A DNA stretch of 12,343 nt from Deltaproteobacteria bacterium TL4. GTDB lineage: Bacteria; SAR324; NAC60-12. A model generated the notes under the pieces. The model was not told the origin of the DNA. It saw nothing but the letters and a program-made list of their open reading frames with translations, and made no database searches. The translations under genes were made by a program, and so were the position numbers. Shown here in pieces: positions 7,668 through 12,343 of the stretch. Positions within the stretch are counted from its first letter, which is position 1, and every line of letters starts with the position of its first letter. The stretch spans positions 1 to 12,343 of the forward strand of contig JBBCAX010000013.1 in NCBI GenBank assembly GCA_051382335.1. Reading direction: 5' to 3'.

Positions 7668-9526
7668 ATCCTGTTCCAGCTTTCCTTTCCACGGATGTCC
7701 GTCACAAAGACGGGCAAAGGATAATCCGTTTTGTTGACGGGATAACGGTATTTATGGTTCCCTTTCAGCACCTCTTCAAAAATCAAACGGCTGATTTCCT
7801 GAACCTCTTCATTTCCGTCCAGACTGAGCATTTTAATTTCTCGGGTCACATCCTGCTCTTCATTGGTTAAAAAATAATAAAGAGCGCCGCTGCGAGAAAT
7901 CAGCGTTTCTTTCTCCAGCCTTTGCAGACTTTCCTCGATTTGCCTTCGTAAAACCAGCCGATCCGCATCGACCTGATCAATACAAAGCGTGATCAAATTG
8001 TCGATGTGGGGCTTTAAAATATCAACGTAGCGAATCAAAAACAACACTCTGAGCAACTGGAGATCAAACGGCGCTAAAGGTCGCTCCGAGGCTTGATTGA
8101 TGGTACGGCTGACCGCAGTGTCCAGAAATCCTTCAATCGCAGAATAAAAGCGATATAAAGGAACGAGTGTGCCGACAGGTTGATTGCCGATTTCCTGAGC
8201 CGCCAATTGAAACGCATCCAGCATGGAACGTTCCCCTCGACTGAGGTGTTTGCCTGTGGCTCCCGCCTTACGGATGGACTCAAAAACTTTTTGAATCAAC
8301 TGGAATTGATAGGGAACGAAAGGGTAGTTTGCTACAAAGTTATCAGAATCAGCATAATTTTTAAGCGTGGCTCCTGTGTTTTGAAAACTGAGTTGATGTT
8401 TGAGAATATCCCCTTTCTCCGCATAAAGACGTCTTAAGGCCTTCTCGGCATCTGATGTTTTGGTCAGAAGCCTTTTCTGGATGACTTCATCGGTATTGAA
8501 ACTGGAAAGAGATAAGCGTGTGGTGAACCTTCCCTGAATTTTAGAAAAGTCCTGTTCTTTTGCTTTTTTGAATTCTCCAAGAATGGTATCAATGTCTTCC
8601 TGAGACGTGACCATGACCCAGGCACGACCTCCACAGGTTGTTCCAAGATTTTCAGTGATGGTTTGCAGGTTTAGCATCAACGGACTGTCATCCCCGATGA
8701 ATTGCCCCACCTCATCCACTAAAAACAAAATCCGATGATTGGAACCTTTGCGATCCAGGTAGGATTTCACTTGTTTGGCAAAATTCTCAATAGTCAGACT
8801 GTATTGTTCTTCCGCCTTATTAAACCAGTTTTGAGCATCGTTTTCAGAAATATCCAAGGCTTTGGCTAACGCTCCCACCACCTGAGATTCCTTGAATAAA
8901 TGAGCATCCTTCTCCTCTTCCCAGGACGAGCCATCCAAATCGTTAAACGCCTGATGAAACGCCTCTAACTTTCCTTTTTCGCTCAAGTGATTTTCCATTT
9001 GAGCAATATGGGGATAATCTCCGCTAAAGCCCTGATTTTCGTTAAACACTCGCAAAAACACATTCAGAATAGCGTTTCTGCCTTCTTTATGGTCGGCTTT
9101 GGTGTCAATATTAAACAGGATGACTTCCGTGTCTTTGGAAACCGCACGTTGAATATCACCTAAGAACAAGGGGTCATCTATTTTATCATTGAAGAATTCC
9201 AAGGCATTTTTTTGGATTCCTGATTCTGGATGAGGAACCTGTCTATTTTCCAGAAGATACGATAATATTTTGATAAAATGGGACTTCCCTGAACCAAAGA
9301 AGCCTGAAATCCAGACTCCAATTTGTCCACTGACGGAGGGATCATGAGGGTGGTCAACCGATTTCAGATAGACTTGAAAGAGCTTTTGAAAATGCTTCAG
9401 CAACTCTTTTGTAATGACATATTCGTCCAGTTCCTGCCACACCACCGCCTGATCCTGTTGTTCCGCTTTGACGACTCCGTTGATGGATCGGAACAGGTTT
9501 TTGGCAAAAATATCTTTAATCAGCAT
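7529..9526 (-). CDS. brxC: BREX P-loop ATPase BrxC, N-terminal fragment
   Basis: IFAKNLFRSINGVVKAEQ, ELDEYVIT, Walker A GVWISGFFGSGKSHFIK, Walker B LFLVDEVGQFIG, VTSQEDID, DFSKIQGRF, YPFVPYQF, GERSMLDAFQ. Strong RBS AGGGGAG. The sequence after about 7716 (LPVFVTDIRG...) is out-of-frame tail. Confidence 0.95.
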   Translation of the reverse strand: MLIKDIFAKNLFRSINGVVKAEQQDQAVVWQELDEYVITKELLKHFQKLFQVYLKSVDHPHDPSVSGQIGVWISGFFGSGKSHFIKILSYLLENRQVPHPESGIQKNALEFFNDKIDDPLFLGDIQRAVSKDTEVILFNIDTKADHKEGRNAILNVFLRVFNENQGFSGDYPHIAQMENHLSEKGKLEAFHQAFNDLDGSSWEEEKDAHLFKESQVVGALAKALDISENDAQNWFNKAEEQYSLTIENFAKQVKSYLDRKGSNHRILFLVDEVGQFIGDDSPLMLNLQTITENLGTTCGGRAWVMVTSQEDIDTILGEFKKAKEQDFSKIQGRFTTRLSLSSFNTDEVIQKRLLTKTSDAEKALRRLYAEKGDILKHQLSFQNTGATLKNYADSDNFVANYPFVPYQFQLIQKVFESIRKAGATGKHLSRGERSMLDAFQLAAQEIGNQPVGTLVPLYRFYSAIEGFLDTAVSRTINQASERPLAPFDLQLLRVLFLIRYVDILKPHIDNLITLCIDQVDADRLVLRRQIEESLQRLEKETLISRSGALYYFLTNEEQDVTREIKMLSLDGNEEVQEISRLIFEEVLKGNHKYRYPVNKTDYPLPVFVTDIRGKESWNRIWCWKSSHLFPMTMSGIPRKNVLPAVFKTMAVRWSSWTTLWRLRGN

Positions 9527-9569
9527 AAACTCCCCTTTGAGTGCAAAATAAATTTTTAAAGCCTAAAAA

Positions 9570-9650
9570 TTTTGCCAAGAACACACAAGAACACACAATA
9601 AAATTTTTAAAAAAATTTGTTTTTGTCTTTTCTTGTGTGTTCTTGGCTAA
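9570..9650. repeat. Tandem-unit palindromic element (10-nt CAAGAACACA units) between brxB and brxC
   Basis: GCCAAGAACACACAAGAACACACAA (9574..9598) is inverted as TTGTcTtTTCTTGTGTGTTCTTGGC (ending 9647), around an A/T-rich spacer. Confidence 0.9.
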
Positions 9651-9676
9651 TTTACCAAAATAGAGATAGGACAAAA

Positions 9677-10252
9677 TTATGAAACCAAACGAAATGCACG
9701 GTAGTAGTGGTCTTCTTTTAGTTTTCCAAACAGTCTCATCTGCTGTCCATCGTAGATGCCAGGGTAAAACATTACCAGTGGAGTGCCTTGCATCAAGGGG
9801 TGGAAGTTGTTGAGCATGGTGTGTGTTCGCAGCATGGGGTACACATTACCAACGCCTGAAATCAAAACCAGATCAGAATCATTGGGCGATACGGATTCCA
9901 GAAAATATTGCGCCACTTTTTCTTCATGCAATGGACCTTTCAAAGCTTTCATCACAGCCGTATTGCCTTTTTCACTTTGCAGTTTGATTGCGGGTTGCAG
10001 TAATTTCCGTTTTTCCAGATACTCACAAAGTAAGGTAAACAGGTTGACATGCTTGACTTTGAGATCCGGTTTGTTTTTATTCAACTGCTGGATCATGATT
10101 TCCAAAGATTCACGGATTTCCAACTCATATTCAGGAGGATAGTCAAAAATGTAGAATCCTATTTCATTTCCCAAGCCCTTGTTATTTTGCAGTTCATCGG
10201 ATTGCAATCGTGATAAAACCTGATTCCAGCGTTGTTTTAATTTTGCATCCAT
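9677..10252 (-). CDS. brxB: BREX protein BrxB (DUF1788), 191 aa
   Basis: GLGNEIGFYIFDYPPEYEL, ISGVGNVYPMLRTHTMLNN, PLVMFYPGIYDGQ.MRLFG, YYRAFRLV. Start assigned to the ATG at 10252 (MDAKLKQRW); the longer ORF only reads through the intergenic repeat. Confidence 0.95.
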   Translation of the reverse strand: MDAKLKQRWNQVLSRLQSDELQNNKGLGNEIGFYIFDYPPEYELEIRESLEIMIQQLNKNKPDLKVKHVNLFTLLCEYLEKRKLLQPAIKLQSEKGNTAVMKALKGPLHEEKVAQYFLESVSPNDSDLVLISGVGNVYPMLRTHTMLNNFHPLMQGTPLVMFYPGIYDGQQMRLFGKLKEDHYYRAFRLVS

Positions 10253-10276
10253 CTTTATTCTTGTATGATAAGAAAA

Positions 10277-10376
10277 TTTTAACGCAAAGGCGCAGAGAGC
10301 GCAGAGGGACGCAGAGGAAAAAATTTCATAAAACTTCTCTGCGATTCTCTGCGGTCTCTGCGTCTCTGCGTTTAAA
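10277..10376. repeat. Tandem-unit palindromic element (CGCAGAG units) between brxA and brxB
   Basis: ttttaACGCAAAGG-CGCAGAGAG-CGCAGAGGGA-CGCAGAG, a 20-nt AT-rich spacer, then CTCTGCGATT-CTCTGCGGT-CTCTGCGT-CTCTGCGTttaaa. Its right end contains the brxA stop codon. Confidence 0.92.
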
Positions 10377-11022
10377 TAAAAAACTGTTGGGTGTCTTGTG
10401 AGCCAATATCCATGCAACGCAGGACATAATTTTCATGATGCTGCTTCAAGTAATTGAGAACTTCATTTTCAAGATGAATCGGTTTCACCACAGGTTTCCG
10501 CAAATTATCAATATACTGTGCCTCTGCCAGAATACGAAATACGACCTGCCCCATTTTTTGCTTGGTACTTTTAGACCAATGCCCTACCTCTGGAGCTTGC
10601 TGTCCACAACCATCCAGAAAATCATTCCAGTCCTTTTTGGAGAGTTCCGGCTTAAACACCCTCAGGTTTTCCTTGAGTACCTGCTCTAAAAAATCCCCAA
10701 TCAAACGACTATGCTTTATCGCACATGCCAACAATGCCTGAGTCGTTACCACAGAATCACCTTCAATAATGATTTTCCATAGTTCAGAAGTCATTGTTTC
10801 CAGCCTTGCCCGAATTAAATTATTGATTCGTCTTGCCGTGTCTGGACTTCTTTTTTGAAGAATATTGTCCACCACAATCGCTTGATGCCATTGTTCTTTA
10901 CTGCTGTTGTTCAAAAGCAACTGTGCAATGTGCCGACTCTCCGTCAGCATCAAGGAGGAACCCGAAGTAAAACTGGCGTTGTAGATAGAAGAATCGTTAG
11001 ATTTTTTTATGATTGGCCGCAT
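10372..11022 (-). CDS. brxA: BREX protein BrxA (DUF1819), about 216 aa
   Basis: SLMLTESRHIAQLLL, W..AIVVDNILQKRSP.TA.R, QALLACAIKHSRLIGDFL, WSKSTKQKMGQVVFRILAEA.YI. It is the first gene in brxA-brxB-brxC order. The ATG at 11022 is preferred over the ORF-track start at 11064. Confidence 0.93.
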   Translation of the reverse strand: MRPIIKKSNDSSIYNASFTSGSSLMLTESRHIAQLLLNNSSKEQWHQAIVVDNILQKRSPDTARRINNLIRARLETMTSELWKIIIEGDSVVTTQALLACAIKHSRLIGDFLEQVLKENLRVFKPELSKKDWNDFLDGCGQQAPEVGHWSKSTKQKMGQVVFRILAEAQYIDNLRKPVVKPIHLENEVLNYLKQHHENYVLRCMDIGSQDTQQFFI

Positions 11023-11213
11023 TGATGTCTTGACCTTATAGTAACAAAACCTCGGTTGACGCAAGTTTTTAGCATTAGACTCATGTGTTTGTGACGAATA
11101 TTGTTGATTCCATTTTCGGGCTTATTGTGGAAATACTATCAGAAAATTGGATTGGTAACATGTTTTCCCCTGCTTCATGTTAATATTGAGTTTGATTTTC
11201 ATACTCGTACTTG

Positions 11214-11243
11214 ATTATAAAATTAAAGGCAAGAGGAAATCAA
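11214..11243 (-). promoter_or_regulatory. Candidate sigma70 promoter for the BREX operon
   Basis: Minus strand TTGATT-N18-TATAAT, about 190 bp upstream of the brxA ATG. Confidence 0.4.
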
Positions 11244-11361
11244 ATTCAACATATTGGATTCGCTCACAATGACGATAGTGACAACAAATAACCGCTATTT
11301 TCCTGGTCGATTTTGATGACAAAACAGAAATGTAGACTCACTCAACCCTGATGAATTTACC

Positions 11362-11390
11362 TTGCCGATCTGTAGCTGACTCGGTATAGT
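11362..11390 (+). promoter_or_regulatory. Candidate sigma70 promoter for the toxin-antitoxin operon
   Basis: TTGCCG-N17-TATAGT, followed by the inverted repeat GGTTCC-N6-GGAACC at 11416..11433. Confidence 0.55.
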
Positions 11391-11505
11391 ATCCAATAGA
11401 ACATACCCTACACACGGTTCCCGAATCGGAACCAAAGGATGAAACTCATGCCCAAAGAATTTACGCTAGAGAAGAACGTTTCTGAATACGAATAGGAGCA
11501 ATGTT

Positions 11506-11736
11506 ATGCTTAAACAAACGATCCAATACTCATCGCCATTAGATGCTCTGCTTGCTGTGACAAAAAGGCTAAGCATCTACGAAAGCGAGCAGAAAATCAC
11601 ATCAGAAGAGTTCTATGACCAGTATTGCAGAGGAAAAATGCCTGATGATACGGTCTATGTCGAATGGGCTAATGATTTTCGCCATTACCTGGAGCTTCAT
11701 CAGAAACTGGAAAAAAGGCTCCAAAATGTTGCATGA
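11506..11736 (+). CDS. TumA-like antitoxin (76 aa)
   Basis: Small helical protein with L..YE....ITSEEFY..Y..G.MPDD..YVEW. AGGAG RBS upstream. Overlaps the downstream DUF6516-like gene by 11 nt. Confidence 0.75.
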   Translation: MLKQTIQYSSPLDALLAVTKRLSIYESEQKITSEEFYDQYCRGKMPDDTVYVEWANDFRHYLELHQKLEKRLQNVA

Positions 11737-12106
11737 AGTATTAGCGTCCTACCTGGAAGAAGTGGAACGAGCAATACTCCAATGTCGTGATGTCTATGTG
11801 GAAAAATATGCGGAGGAGGTATTAACATCGGAAAGAGTGAATCTGCGGATTCGTATGCGTTTCGATAAAGGGCCGTTGCTAGAAATGAGCGAAGCTGTTG
11901 TGGTAGAGGCGAATAACCTTGTCCATCTCGACTACCGCTACCACTGCCAAGACGAGCAACATCATCTCATTTTCCGGTATGACAGCACTCCACATTTTCC
12001 CGATCTGACAAGTTTCCCACACCACAAGCACTTATCGAATGATGTGGTTGCCTGTGAAAAGCCATCGATCGAGAAGGTGTTGGAAGAAATAGTCGAACAG
12101 CAATGA
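11726..12106 (+). CDS. DUF6516 / TumE-like toxin (126 aa)
   Basis: YRYHCQD....LIFRYDSTPHFPDLTSFPHHKH matches the DUF6516 signature (Y.Y......RYDN.PH....TFPHHKH). Start assigned to the ATG at 11726 (MLHEVL). Confidence 0.85.
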   Translation: MLHEVLASYLEEVERAILQCRDVYVEKYAEEVLTSERVNLRIRMRFDKGPLLEMSEAVVVEANNLVHLDYRYHCQDEQHHLIFRYDSTPHFPDLTSFPHHKHLSNDVVACEKPSIEKVLEEIVEQQ

Positions 12107-12145
12107 CCAGAATAATTGACTGACTTGGTACAATTTGAAAAATTT

Positions 12146-12164
12146 CCACCTGTGCAGGTGGTTT
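12146..12164 (+). terminator. Possible intrinsic terminator after the TA operon
   Basis: Perfect hairpin CCACCTG-TG-CAGGTGG followed by TTT, 40 nt after the toxin stop. The U-tract is short. Confidence 0.4.
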
Positions 12165-12169
12165 GAAAA

Positions 12170-12284
12170 TTAACCACGAAAAACACGAAAAACATGAAAT
12201 AAATGATTTTTTAATAAATGAATTCCTCCGTGAAACCCTATTTTGCAGGTTTTATTTCGTGTTTTTAGTGTTTTTCGTGGTTAA
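12170..12284. repeat. Tandem-unit palindromic element (9-nt CACGAAAAA units)
   Basis: The 34-bp arms ttaaccacgaaaaacacgaaaaacatgaaataaa (12170..12203) and tttatttcgtgtttttagtgtttttcgtggttaa (12251..12284) are inverted with 2 mismatches around a 47-nt spacer. Both ends are TTAA. Confidence 0.92.
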
Positions 12285-12318
12285 AAAAAGGGCTACCGGT
12301 CTAAAGTGGGACAAAAAC

Positions 12319-12343
12319 GTAGGTTGGGTAGAGCGTAGCGAAA
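12319..12343 (+). repeat. GTAG-family REP element, truncated by the window end
   Basis: GTAGGTTGGGTAGAGCGTAGCGAAA fits the GTAGGTTGGG..GAGCG.AGCGAAACCCAAC REP pattern; the closing arm would lie outside the window. Confidence 0.6.

Noticed and set aside
1701..7752. Programmed -1 ribosomal frameshifting at the pglX and brxC breaks
   Set aside because: I found no canonical X XXY YYZ slippery heptamer at either site. Mutation or sequencing error is simpler.
10253..10417. 55-aa N-terminal extension of BrxB in the ORF track
   Set aside because: It overlaps brxA and is simply translation of the palindromic repeat; BrxB-like sequence starts at the ATG at 10252.
406..10689. Short alternative-frame and antisense ORFs (e.g. 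406..681, 578..844, 3224..3544, 3618..3995, 6381..6701, 9783..10142, 10435..10689)
   Set aside because: They are shadows of well-supported BREX genes, with no recognisable motifs.
11615..11725. 37-aa N-terminal extension of the DUF6516 toxin
   Set aside because: It lies wholly within the antitoxin gene in another frame. The ATG at 11726 gives the usual short TA overlap.
11962..12195. Minus-strand ORFs overlapping the toxin gene
   Set aside because: Antisense to a well-supported gene; one begins inside the repeat arm (MFFVFFVV is repeat translation).
9570..12284. Tandem short repeats as a CRISPR array
   Set aside because: Units are 8-10 nt, directly adjacent and arranged as inverted arms. 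There are no unique spacers of constant length and no cas genes.

Overview
This window holds a type I BREX phage-defence locus on the minus strand: brxA, brxB, brxC and pglX, with pglZ/brxL not in the window. brxC and pglX are each split by a single frameshift. A compact three-gene operon of unknown function sits on the opposite strand between brxC and pglX. It encodes a TIGR04255-like protein, a small S/T/P-rich acidic-tailed protein and a protein with a PemK/MazF-like N-terminal pattern, and it is the best candidate for an undescribed defence system. A TumA-TumE (DUF6516)-like toxin-antitoxin pair lies divergently upstream of brxA. The locus also carries several ~80-115 bp palindromic elements whose arms are tandem 8-10 nt units. 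They occur at gene junctions and also in frame inside pglX, where they add extra peptide segments. A GTAG-type REP begins at the right edge and a possible IS end lies at the left edge. All family assignments come from motif recognition by eye; no database search was run.
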